The translations under genes were made by a program, and so were the position numbers. Of a stretch of DNA of 64,000 nt, positions 18,362 through 26,784 are shown piece by piece. The notes beneath the pieces are model-generated. The model worked only from the letters and a program-made list of their open reading frames with translations. It ran no database searches and had not been told where the DNA came from. Origin of the DNA: an uncultured Acidimicrobiia bacterium (GTDB taxonomy: Bacteria; Actinomycetota; Acidimicrobiia; Acidimicrobiales; AC-14). Within the stretch, counting starts at the first letter, position 1, and each line of letters opens with the position of its first letter. The stretch lies in the NCBI GenBank assembly GCA_963836205.1, contig CAWIIV010000022.1, positions 1 through 64,000 on the forward strand, written 5' to 3'.

Positions 18362-18987
18362 GCGTCAGCGGCGACAGCCGCCTGAGAGGGCAGCGCGGCA
18401 TCGTCGGCCTCAACTTGGCCCTCGTCATCGCCTTCGCTCTGTTCGCCGTGATCGAACTGTCCAGGGTCACCCTGGCCGCGAAGCAGATCGACGACAGGGT
18501 GGAGCAGATCACCACCGACGTCGGCCCCGGTTCCAACGTGTCGCAACTCGACCAGACGGCGAAGCTTGACGACGTCGCCCAGAAGGCCGAGGACATCCTC
18601 AAGGCTGCGGCGCCGCTTTCGGGCCAGGCCGGGGTCATCCTCGACACGGTCAAGAACATCGACGCCACGGCATCGAGCATCCTCACCAACGCGGAGTCGA
18701 TCAACGGCTCGGTGAACAGCATCAACTCGACGGCCAGCGCCCTGCTGCCCGTCGTGCAGGCCATCCACGGCAGCGGTGGGAAGGGTGGTGGTGGTGTTGA
18801 AGCCATCAACATCCGGGCCTCCGAAGCCTTTGGTCCGGTCGCGGGCATCCAGGGTGACCTGGCCCGTGTCATCTCTGTCGCCGGCCCCGCCGGTGCCGGA
18901 GGGCATGTCGCGGGCACGATCCATGCGTCCGTGAACGGCATCAACTGTGCAATCGCGTTGATTCCCAACGTGGGTTGCGGCGGCTAG
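18358..18987 (+). CDS. Membrane-anchored heptad-repeat protein 3
   Basis: ATGA overlap with gene 2; RGQRG then hydrophobic helix; heptads; C-terminal Cys pair (INCA...GCGG). Confidence 0.88.
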   Translation: MSVSGDSRLRGQRGIVGLNLALVIAFALFAVIELSRVTLAAKQIDDRVEQITTDVGPGSNVSQLDQTAKLDDVAQKAEDILKAAAPLSGQAGVILDTVKNIDATASSILTNAESINGSVNSINSTASALLPVVQAIHGSGGKGGGGVEAINIRASEAFGPVAGIQGDLARVISVAGPAGAGGHVAGTIHASVNGINCAIALIPNVGCGG

Positions 18988-19026
18988 CCGTCGTCCCAAA
19001 CCCCGTCAGGGGACAGCAAGTCCACA

Positions 19027-19058
19027 GCGAAGGCCCGGGGGAAACCCCGGGCCTTCGC
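19027..19058 (+). terminator. GC-rich hairpin after the three-gene operon
   Basis: Perfect 14-bp stem GCGAAGGCCCGGGG-GAAA-CCCCGGGCCTTCGC; no U-tract. Confidence 0.75.
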
Positions 19059-19457
19059 CGTTGGCGGCGTCGATCGGCCAATCGCTCGCCGAACGGCAGG
19101 TCGCTGGCCGCGGCAGAGGTCGGGGGTCGCGGGCGACGAGGTGATGACCCGGCCGCGCCCAGGTGCGGCGGTCGGCTTGTGGGCAGGCCTCCGGCGTGTC
19201 AGGAAGGGCAGTGTCGGAAGGCGCCGTCGCCGGACCGGTTGTGCGCCGAGGAGGGGCTCACTGGTCCCGGCCGGGTTGCCGATGTGCGCGTGGTTACCCC
19301 TGATGTACCACTGGAGCTGGTCACCCGCGACGTGCCTTCGGTCGTGGGCGGCTCACCCGCCACGGCTCCACGCCATCGCACGCCCTGGCGCGTCGGCGTC
19401 GGCGCCGGAAACCTGGTCCCACGACGGCCCAGGCGACCAGGCCTGGGAGCGGCCGGA

Positions 19458-20601
19458 TCAGCCGACGGTGGTTGGGGTGGCCTCGGGGACGGCGGTGGTC
19501 TCGGGGGCGGGGGCCAGGTCGGGCTCGGTCTCGAAGCTCGTCGCCATCTGGTCGAAGATGCTGCTCAGGCGGGCGAAACCCTCCTCGGGGAGCGCCTGGA
19601 ACACGAGGGTGTACATGTTCCGGCCTCGGAAGAGGAAGTAGTGGGCGTGGGCCCCGGTGGCGCCCGTCTCCGCGCTCGGTGAACGTGTACAGGTAGTAGT
19701 AGCCCGGCATCCCGTTCAGCAGGATCGGCTGCACCTTGAGGATCACTGCCGATTTGACGGTGCCGACGATGCCGTCGGTGACCGCTTTGAGGTTGACCAG
19801 GTTCTCGGGGGTGGTCGGAACCTCGGTGCGCGTGAACTTGCGGGCGCTGACGAGGTCGTACTCGTTCTCTCGGGTCTGCACGACGAGCTCACCGTCGTCG
19901 GCCTTCCCCGCCTGCCAGTCGGTCGGGTACTTCATGGTGAAGCCCATCTCGGGACTGGTGTAGGAACCGAAGGCCGACTCGGGCAGGGTGGGTCCGGGGG
20001 CCTCGGGGTCGACCGTGGTGGTGGTCTGGGCGCCCTGGCCGGAGGTGACCGTCGCCGCCGGCCGGAGGACGAAGGCCCAGACGATGAGGCCGATCACGAC
20101 CACGGTGAGGACGGAGAGGATGACGACCATCGTGTTCTGGGACGGGGCAGGGCGCCCACGGCCGGGACGTCGGGGGCCGGCCGTGACGGGGGACGGGGCC
20201 GCGGCCTCGGCGGGCGCCGGTCGCCCGGGTCGGGCGGAGGACCGGCCGCGGGCAGGTCTGGGCTCGGTCGCCTGTCGGGAGGTGGTGCGGGACGCGGACG
20301 GGCGGGCGGCGGCCTCACGTTCAGCGGCGGCCCCTCGGGCGGCTGCCGCGCCGCGGGTGGCGCCGGCGGCCCCTCCTGCACCCCCGCGGGTGCCGGCCTC
20401 GCACGTGGCGCGGGCCGCGGCCCCCGGGGCACCGGCGCGGCGAGCCCCGCGGGCCGCGCCGGCGGACCCCCTGGCACCGGTGCGGGCAGCAGCCCCTCGG
20501 GCGGCGGAGCGGCGGGGGCGGCCGGACGAGGCCGGTCGGGGCCGGGACGGCCGCGGGCCGGGGGCGTCGGCCGGGGTCTGGTCGTGCGGGCGGTCGCCCA
20601 T
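19458..20601 (-). CDS. Pro-rich single-pass membrane protein with PsbP-like extracellular domain; frameshifted
   Basis: AAGGAG RBS; TM VVILSVLTVVVIGLIVWAFVL; YTSPEMGFTMKYPTDW; C-terminus (HYFLFRGRNMYTLVFQALP...FDQMATSF) in another frame after about 19670. Confidence 0.65.
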
Positions 20602-20707
20602 GGCGGTGGTCTCCTTCGAACGGCGACGGTGGGCAGTCGAGCCAGCCCGTGCCACCGGGAACCGGTCTCTCGGCGGTGGCGGGTGCGCCAGTGCAACCTT
20701 ATTGCGG

Positions 20708-20800
20708 CCCTGGGTGTTTGTGACCCTCGGTGTTTGTGACCCTGGGTGTTTGTGACCCTGGGTATTGTGACCCTGGGTATTGTGACCCTGGGTATTGTGA
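20708..20800. repeat. Tandem repeat, three 16-bp plus three 15-bp units
   Basis: CCCTGGGTGTTTGTGA x3 (one substitution) then CCCTGGGTATTGTGA x3, ending 7 bp before the HAD start codon. Confidence 0.93.
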
Positions 20801-20807
20801 CATTGCC

Positions 20808-21551
20808 GTGGGTCTCTCCGCCGTCGTGTTCGACGTCGACGGCACCGTGGTCGACAGTGAGCGGGACGGCCACCGGGTGGCGTTCAACCGGGCCTTCGCC
20901 GATTTCTCCCTTCCCTACGAGTGGGACGAGGAGGTCTACGGCCGCCTGCTGCGGGTGACCGGGGGCCAGCGGCGCATCGACGGTTACCTGGCCGAGCAGG
21001 GGGTGGCCGAGGGCGAGCGGGCCCGGTTGGCCCCCGCCCTCCACCGGCACAAGACCGACCTCCTGAAGCGCATGATCGGGGAAGGGGCGCTCAAGCCGCG
21101 CCCGGGCGTCACCCGCCTCGTCACCGAGCTCACCGCCGAGGGGTGCCGCCTGGCGGTGGCGACCACCGGCAGCCGGGGGTGGGTCGACCCCCTCCTCGAG
21201 CGCCTGCTCCCCGGGATCGCCTTCCAGGTGGTGGTGACGGGGGACGAGGTCGCGGGGCGCAAGCCCGATCCCGAGGCCTACCTCGTCGCCCTCGAACGGC
21301 TGGGGACGACGACGGCCGACACGGTGGCGGTGGAGGACTCCCACGAGGGCCTGGCCGCGGCCAAGGCGGCCGGACTGGCGTGCGTGGTGGTGACCAACGG
21401 CTACACGGCCGACCACGACCTGGCCGGCGCCGATCTCGTCCTCGACGGCTTCGGCGAGCCGGACCGCCCGGCCCGGGTGACGGCCGATCCCCGGGCGATC
21501 GGGTGCGACGGAGTCCTCGGCGTCGAAACCCTGCGCCGCCTCGTCCGGTAG
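20808..21551 (+). CDS. cbbY: CbbY-like HAD-IA hydrolase
   Basis: FDVDGTVVDSERDGHRVAFNRAF, LLRVTGG, KPDPEAY, AVEDS typical of the CbbY subfamily. Confidence 0.8.
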   Translation: MGLSAVVFDVDGTVVDSERDGHRVAFNRAFADFSLPYEWDEEVYGRLLRVTGGQRRIDGYLAEQGVAEGERARLAPALHRHKTDLLKRMIGEGALKPRPGVTRLVTELTAEGCRLAVATTGSRGWVDPLLERLLPGIAFQVVVTGDEVAGRKPDPEAYLVALERLGTTTADTVAVEDSHEGLAAAKAAGLACVVVTNGYTADHDLAGADLVLDGFGEPDRPARVTADPRAIGCDGVLGVETLRRLVR

Positions 21552-21566
21552 ATCGCGGAAAGGGGC

Positions 21567-21600
21567 GGGAAGGGGCTTCGACTGGCGGAAGCCCCTTCCC
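21567..21600. terminator. Hairpin between convergent genes
   Basis: 13-bp arms GGGAAGGGGCTTC / GAAGCCCCTTCCC. Confidence 0.65.
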
Positions 21601-21686
21601 GGGAGGGGGGTTTCACACCGCGTCACGGTGCGATGAATGGCCTACCCCGAGCCCGGAGCGGTCCAAACCGGTCTCTCCGAACTTTT

Positions 21687-24230
21687 CTACTCGTGGCTGA
21701 TGGCCTGCAGGATGTCGAGCCGGGCCGCCCGGCGCGCCGGGAGGAGGGCCGCGATCACGCCCAGGATGCCGGCCACGACGACGTAGGTGATCAGCTGGCC
21801 GACTGGGATCACCAGCTCGCTCAGGCCCTCGCCCGAGAAGTCGGCCACCAGGGCCCACCCGAAGAGGACGCCGACGGCCAGCCCGATGATCGCCCCCATC
21901 ACCGAGATGATCACCGACTCGCCCCGGATCATGGACCGGACCTGGCGGCGGGCCATCCCCACCGCCCGCAGCAGCCCGAGCTCGCGCGTGCGCTCGAACA
22001 CCGAGAGGGCGAGGGTGTTCACGATCCCGAGGAAGGCGATCACGACGGCCAGGCCCAGCAGGGCCGACACCAGCCCGAGGGCCTGGTTGATCTGGCGTTT
22101 CTGCTCGGCCTTGAACTCGACCTGGTCGCGCACCTCCACGTTGGGGAAGTCGTCCGCCACCCGGTCGACCGCGGCCCGGGCCGCGGCGGGGGAGACTCCG
22201 GGGGCGGCCTTGGTCAGGACCACGAAGTCGAGCTGCTCGGAGAAGTTGGCCAGGTAGGTCTCTGTGGAGACGGTGTAGGTGCCCAGGAGCTGGTTGCGCT
22301 CGTACGTCCCTGCCACCCGGAGCTCCTTGTCACCGGTGCGGGCGAACGTGACCGGCAGGATGTCGCCCACCGCCACGCCCCGGTCCTCGGCCTCCTTCTC
22401 CTCCACGATGGCCTCGCCCGGACCCAGGCCGGCCAGGTCGCCCGTCACCATCTCGACGTTGAGCAGCTGGGGCAGGGTGGCCGGGTCGCCCGCGTAGAGA
22501 GACGTCGTCGAACCCTCGACCTTGAACTCTCCGGTCTTGAGGCCGGTGACTGCCCCCAGCTCGGGCTGCTCCGACAGGCGCTCGGAGACCGCGGTGCTGA
22601 TGGTGGGCGTGAACTGCTCGGTGCTGACGATGTAGTCGGCGGCCAAGGCCTTGTCGATGATGGCGGCGCCCGACTCCACGATCGAGGCGGCCAGCACGGC
22701 TACGCAGCCGACCAGGCCCAGGCCGATGGTGAGGGCGGCCGCGGTCGACGCCGTGCGCCGGGGATTGCGGAGGGCGTTCTCCCGGGAGAGCTTGGCCGAG
22801 ATGCCCCGCACGAAGAAGATCCACGGCAGGGGCCGGCCCAGGACCCGGGCCATCGGTCCCGCGAACAGGGGCATGAGGAGGGCCACCCCGATGAAGGTGA
22901 GGCCGGCGCCCAGCCCGACCAGGGAGATGCCTCCGTCGCCGACCAGCCCTCCGGCCAGGGCGGCCACACCCGCGGCCAGGACCAGCGCCCCGGCGAGGGT
23001 GCGCCGCCGCAGCGAGCCGCCGCCTTCGGTGCCGGCCCCGCCCAGGGCGGCCATCGGCGGCAGCTTGGACGCCCGCCGGGCGGGTCCCACCGCCGCCACC
23101 AGGGTGACCAGCTCGCCGACGACCATGGAGATGATCACGGTGCGGGGCTTGACCACCAGCCCGCCGCCGGGGAGGTCGACGCCGAAGGCCCCCAGGAGCG
23201 CCTTCAGCCCCATGGCGACCAGGATCCCGAGCCCCACCCCGGCGGCCGACGCCACCAGTCCCACGATGGCGGCCTCGCCCACGACCGACGTCAGCACCTG
23301 GGCCCGGCTTGCCCCCAGGGCCCGGAGGAGGGCAAGCTCCCGAGTGCGCTGGGCCACGAGGATGGAGAAGGTGTTGAGGATCATGAAGGCGCCCACGAAC
23401 AGCGAGATCCCGGCGAAGACCAGAAGGAACGTGCTGAAGAACCCGAGGGCGTCCTTGATCTGGCTCGACTGCTCGTCGGCCACCTGGCTGCCGGTGAGGG
23501 CCTCGAAGCCGTCGGGGAGCGCAGCCTGGACCCGGTTGCGCAGGTCGAGCGGCGGGAGGGTGCCGTCGCCGACCGCGTCGATTGTGTCGAAGCGGCCCAC
23601 CTTGTCGAGCACCCGCTGGGTGGTGGGTGTGTCGAAGACGGCCAGGGTGGCGCCGGCCAGGTTGTCGGCCGCCCCGAAACCGGCGACGCCGACGATGGTG
23701 AAGTCGCCCGGCGGTCCCTGGAAGAGGAGGCGGACCTTGTCACCGACCCCGAAGTCGTACTTCTTGGCCGTCCCCGCGTCCATGAGCACTTCGCTCGGCC
23801 CGCTCGGCGCCCGGCCGTCGCGCAGCCGGAGGGGGTTGAGCTCGGGCACGTCGGTCCAGTTCACGCCCAGGGTGGGGGCGCCGCCGGTGGTCACCGCCTT
23901 GCCGTCCTTGTCGACGTACTGCGCATACCCGGCCAGGGATCCGTCCGCCGCCTTGACCCCGTCGACGGCCGTCACCACCGCCACCAGATCCTCGGGGACC
24001 GTGTCCCGCCCGGTGACGAGGCTGGTCTCGTCACCGAAGCCGGACTCGGCTCGCACCGAGACGTCGACCCCCTGCGTGACCTCGTCGAAGAGGTTGTCGA
24101 AGGTGGCGTTGAGGGTGTCGGTGAGGACGTAGGTGCCGGCTACGAAGCCCACGCCGAGCACGACGGCGAGGGCGGTGAGGAGGAGCCGGATCTTGTGGGC
24201 GAGGACGCCCTTGAGCGTGGCCTTGAGCAT
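21687..24230 (-). CDS. FtsX/MacB-like ABC transporter permease (duplicated domain)
   Basis: QRTRELALLRALGA and ERTRELGLLRAVG motifs; multiple TMs. Confidence 0.92.
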   Translation of the reverse strand: MLKATLKGVLAHKIRLLLTALAVVLGVGFVAGTYVLTDTLNATFDNLFDEVTQGVDVSVRAESGFGDETSLVTGRDTVPEDLVAVVTAVDGVKAADGSLAGYAQYVDKDGKAVTTGGAPTLGVNWTDVPELNPLRLRDGRAPSGPSEVLMDAGTAKKYDFGVGDKVRLLFQGPPGDFTIVGVAGFGAADNLAGATLAVFDTPTTQRVLDKVGRFDTIDAVGDGTLPPLDLRNRVQAALPDGFEALTGSQVADEQSSQIKDALGFFSTFLLVFAGISLFVGAFMILNTFSILVAQRTRELALLRALGASRAQVLTSVVGEAAIVGLVASAAGVGLGILVAMGLKALLGAFGVDLPGGGLVVKPRTVIISMVVGELVTLVAAVGPARRASKLPPMAALGGAGTEGGGSLRRRTLAGALVLAAGVAALAGGLVGDGGISLVGLGAGLTFIGVALLMPLFAGPMARVLGRPLPWIFFVRGISAKLSRENALRNPRRTASTAAALTIGLGLVGCVAVLAASIVESGAAIIDKALAADYIVSTEQFTPTISTAVSERLSEQPELGAVTGLKTGEFKVEGSTTSLYAGDPATLPQLLNVEMVTGDLAGLGPGEAIVEEKEAEDRGVAVGDILPVTFARTGDKELRVAGTYERNQLLGTYTVSTETYLANFSEQLDFVVLTKAAPGVSPAAARAAVDRVADDFPNVEVRDQVEFKAEQKRQINQALGLVSALLGLAVVIAFLGIVNTLALSVFERTRELGLLRAVGMARRQVRSMIRGESVIISVMGAIIGLAVGVLFGWALVADFSGEGLSELVIPVGQLITYVVVAGILGVIAALLPARRAARLDILQAISHE

Positions 24231-24236
24231 GGCCGC

Positions 24237-24989
24237 CTACTTCTCGCCCGAGAGCGTCTTCATCTCGTCGAGGACGCGGTCGGGGGTGGGGTCGCGCATC
24301 TCGTCGACGATGCGGCCGTCGACGAGGAACACCGCCCGCTCGGAGTAGCCGGCGGCGACGGGGTCGTGGGTGACCATGACGATCGTCTGGCCGAAGTCGG
24401 TGACCGACTGGCGCAGGAAGCCGAGGACCTCCGACGACGCCTTGGAGTCGAGGTTGCCGGTGGGCTCGTCGGCGAAGACGATGGCCGGCTTGCTGGCCAG
24501 GGCCCGGGCCGCGGCCACCCGCTGCTGCTGGCCGCCCGAGAGCTGCGACGGCAGGTGCGACAGCCGCTCCCGCAGCCCGACGGTGTCGATGATCTTGTCG
24601 AGCCAGGCCTGGTCGGGATCGCGCCCGGCGATGTCGAGGGGAAGGGTGATGTTCTCCAGGGCGGTAAGCGTGGGCACCAGGTTGTAGGCCTGGAAGACGA
24701 AGCCCACCTTGTCCCGCCGGAGCCGGGTGAGCTCCTTGTCGGGCAGGTGGCTGACCTCGGTGTCGCCGATGAACACCTGGCCGCCGGTGACGACGTCGAG
24801 GCCGGCCATGCAGTGCATGAGGGTGGACTTGCCGGATCCCGACGGTCCCATGATGGCGGTGAACTCGCCGGTGGCGAACTCCACCGTCACCCCGTCGAGG
24901 GCCTTCACCGCGGTGTCACCGTGGCCGTAGACCTTGGTGAGGCCGACGGCGCGGGCGGCGGCAGTCGTCGAGGGTGCGGCAGCGGTCAT
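24237..24989 (-). CDS. LolD/MacB-type ABC ATP-binding protein
   Basis: GPSGSGKST, LSGGQQQRV, ADEPTGNLD. Confidence 0.93.
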   Translation of the reverse strand: MTAAAPSTTAAARAVGLTKVYGHGDTAVKALDGVTVEFATGEFTAIMGPSGSGKSTLMHCMAGLDVVTGGQVFIGDTEVSHLPDKELTRLRRDKVGFVFQAYNLVPTLTALENITLPLDIAGRDPDQAWLDKIIDTVGLRERLSHLPSQLSGGQQQRVAAARALASKPAIVFADEPTGNLDSKASSEVLGFLRQSVTDFGQTIVMVTHDPVAAGYSERAVFLVDGRIVDEMRDPTPDRVLDEMKTLSGEK

Positions 24990-25765
24990 CGTTCGTTCTC
25001 CCATTTGAAGAGGCGAAGGGCAAGGACGGCGGCGATGAGGGTCCAGGCGGCGAGGACGGCGAGGTCGCCGCCGTTGACGCCGGGGGCGGCGGTGCGGGGG
25101 TCGAAGGCGTACTGGAGGCCGTTGGCCAGGTGCTGGACGGGGAACAGCTTGGCCAACGACTGCAACCACGACGGGGCGTCGTCGATCGGGAAGAAGATCC
25201 CGGACACGAAGACCAGGGGGAAGAGGAGGAAGTTGACGATGGCGGGGGCGGCGTCGCCGTTGGGGCAGAGGCCGCTGACGGCCAGCCCGAGGGCGCAGAA
25301 GCAGGCCGCCCCCAGGGCCAGGGTGGCCGCCAGCCCGCCCACGGTGTCCCACCGGAAGTCGACGTCGAAGACGAGGACGCCGGCAGCGACGGTGATGGCG
25401 ACCAGCTCGACGGCGGTGACGATCGACGAGCCGACCTGGCCGGCCAGATAGGCCCACGGCGGCACCGGCGTGCCCCGGATCCGCTTGAGGATGCGCAGGT
25501 CGCGGGAGATGGCCATCTTCATGGCGATGTTCGTGTAGCAGGCGGAGATGACGCCGAAGGCCACGATCCCGGGGACGAAGAAGGTGACGAAGCTGATCCC
25601 GCCCCTCGACTCGAGCTCCCCGCCCGAGTTCAGGCTGGAGAAGACGAAGAGGAACAGCAGCGGGAAGGCGAAGGTGAACACGGCCGCCGCCGGATTCCGC
25701 CAGAACGCCTTCTGCTCGTACCGCACCTGGCGGGCGGCGATGGCGATATCACTCATCTGGGTCAC
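24986..25765 (-). CDS. ABC-2 type permease
   Basis: Six TMs; FWRNP, LKRIRGTP, SGIFFP. Confidence 0.9.
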   Translation of the reverse strand: MTQMSDIAIAARQVRYEQKAFWRNPAAAVFTFAFPLLFLFVFSSLNSGGELESRGGISFVTFFVPGIVAFGVISACYTNIAMKMAISRDLRILKRIRGTPVPPWAYLAGQVGSSIVTAVELVAITVAAGVLVFDVDFRWDTVGGLAATLALGAACFCALGLAVSGLCPNGDAAPAIVNFLLFPLVFVSGIFFPIDDAPSWLQSLAKLFPVQHLANGLQYAFDPRTAAPGVNGGDLAVLAAWTLIAAVLALRLFKWENER

Positions 25766-25781
25766 TCATGCCGGACTGCTC

Positions 25782-26723
25782 TCATGCCGGGTCGCTGACC
25801 GGCGGATCGCCCACCGGCGGGGCTGCGGCCTTGGTCAGGGCGAGGTAGACGTCCTCCAGCCTCGGGCGGGTGACGGCGAGGTCGGGGAGGGTGACGCCCC
25901 GGCCCAGGGCCCAGCCGGTGACGGTGTTGACCGTCTGGGTGGGGTCGGCGACGGTCACCCGCACCGAGTCGCCCTCGACGACGATCTTCGCCGCCGGCGG
26001 CAGGTCGGGGAGGGTGTCGATCCCGGTGTCGGGCGGGAGGGTGAAGCGGACCTCGGTGGCCGACTCCCGGCCGGCCAGGTCGTCGGGAGGGCCCTCGGCC
26101 ACGATCACGCCGTCGACGATCACCGCCACCCGGTCGGCCAGCACCTGGGCCTCGTCCATGTAGTGGGTGGTGAGCAGGATGGTCTTGCCCAGCTCCCGCA
26201 GACCCTTGATCACGTCCCACGCCCCCCTGCGGGCGGTGGGATCGAACCCGGTGGTGGGCTCGTCGAGGAACAGCAGCTCGGGGTCGCCGGCCAGGGCGAG
26301 GGCTAGGTCGAGCCGGCGCCGCTGGCCGCCGGAGAGGGTCTTCACCCGCTGGTCGCGCTGGGCTTCGAGCCCGGTGAGGGCCAGCAGCTCGGCCGTGGGA
26401 CGGGACTTGCGGTAGTAGCCCCGGTACAGGTCGACGACCTCGGTGACGTTGAGGTAGCGCTCGACACCCGTCTCCTGGAGGACGATCCCGATGCGTTCCT
26501 TGAGGTCGCGCTCGTTCTTGGCCGGGTCGTGGCCCAGCACCGACACCTCACCCGCCGAGCGGGGCCGGTAGCCCTCGAGGATCTCGACGGTAGTGGTCTT
26601 GCCCGCGCCGTTGGGGCCGAGGAGGCCGAAGACCTCGCCCTCGGCCACCTCGAGGTCGATGCCGCGTACCGCCTCGATCGCGCCGTACGACTTGCGTAGC
26701 CCCCGCACGTGGATGGCCGCCAA
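25782..26723 (-). CDS. ABC-2 (DrrA-like) ATP-binding protein
   Basis: GPNGAGKTT, LSGGQRRR, DEPTTGFD, TTHYMDEA. Confidence 0.93.
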   Translation of the reverse strand: MAAIHVRGLRKSYGAIEAVRGIDLEVAEGEVFGLLGPNGAGKTTTVEILEGYRPRSAGEVSVLGHDPAKNERDLKERIGIVLQETGVERYLNVTEVVDLYRGYYRKSRPTAELLALTGLEAQRDQRVKTLSGGQRRRLDLALALAGDPELLFLDEPTTGFDPTARRGAWDVIKGLRELGKTILLTTHYMDEAQVLADRVAVIVDGVIVAEGPPDDLAGRESATEVRFTLPPDTGIDTLPDLPPAAKIVVEGDSVRVTVADPTQTVNTVTGWALGRGVTLPDLAVTRPRLEDVYLALTKAAAPPVGDPPVSDPA

Positions 26724-26784
26724 CGGACACCCCCCCTGACTCTGCAGTTAGCCCGCCGACGTGTCCCCCAGCCCGGGGACGAGC

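Noticed and set aside
17101-18987. Methyl-accepting chemotaxis proteins or canonical Tad pilins
   Set aside because: No conserved MCP hairpin (LLALNAAIEAARAG-like), no +5 Glu after the RG motif, and no che or tad genes nearby.
19059-19457. Possible gene between the operon hairpin and the PsbP-like gene
   Set aside because: ORFs here lack RBS, motifs and typical codon pattern.
20708-20800. Possible CRISPR array (also considered for 61214-61308 and 62807-63066)
   Set aside because: Units are contiguous with no unique spacers, and no cas genes are in the window.
21633-25451. 1272-aa plus-strand ORF and similar long ORFs (6424..9168, 11663..13909, 16741..18999, 26761..29007, 32528..35320, 57870..60134)
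   Set aside because: Antisense or off-frame shadows of well-supported genes, expected in high-GC DNA; no recognisable motifs.
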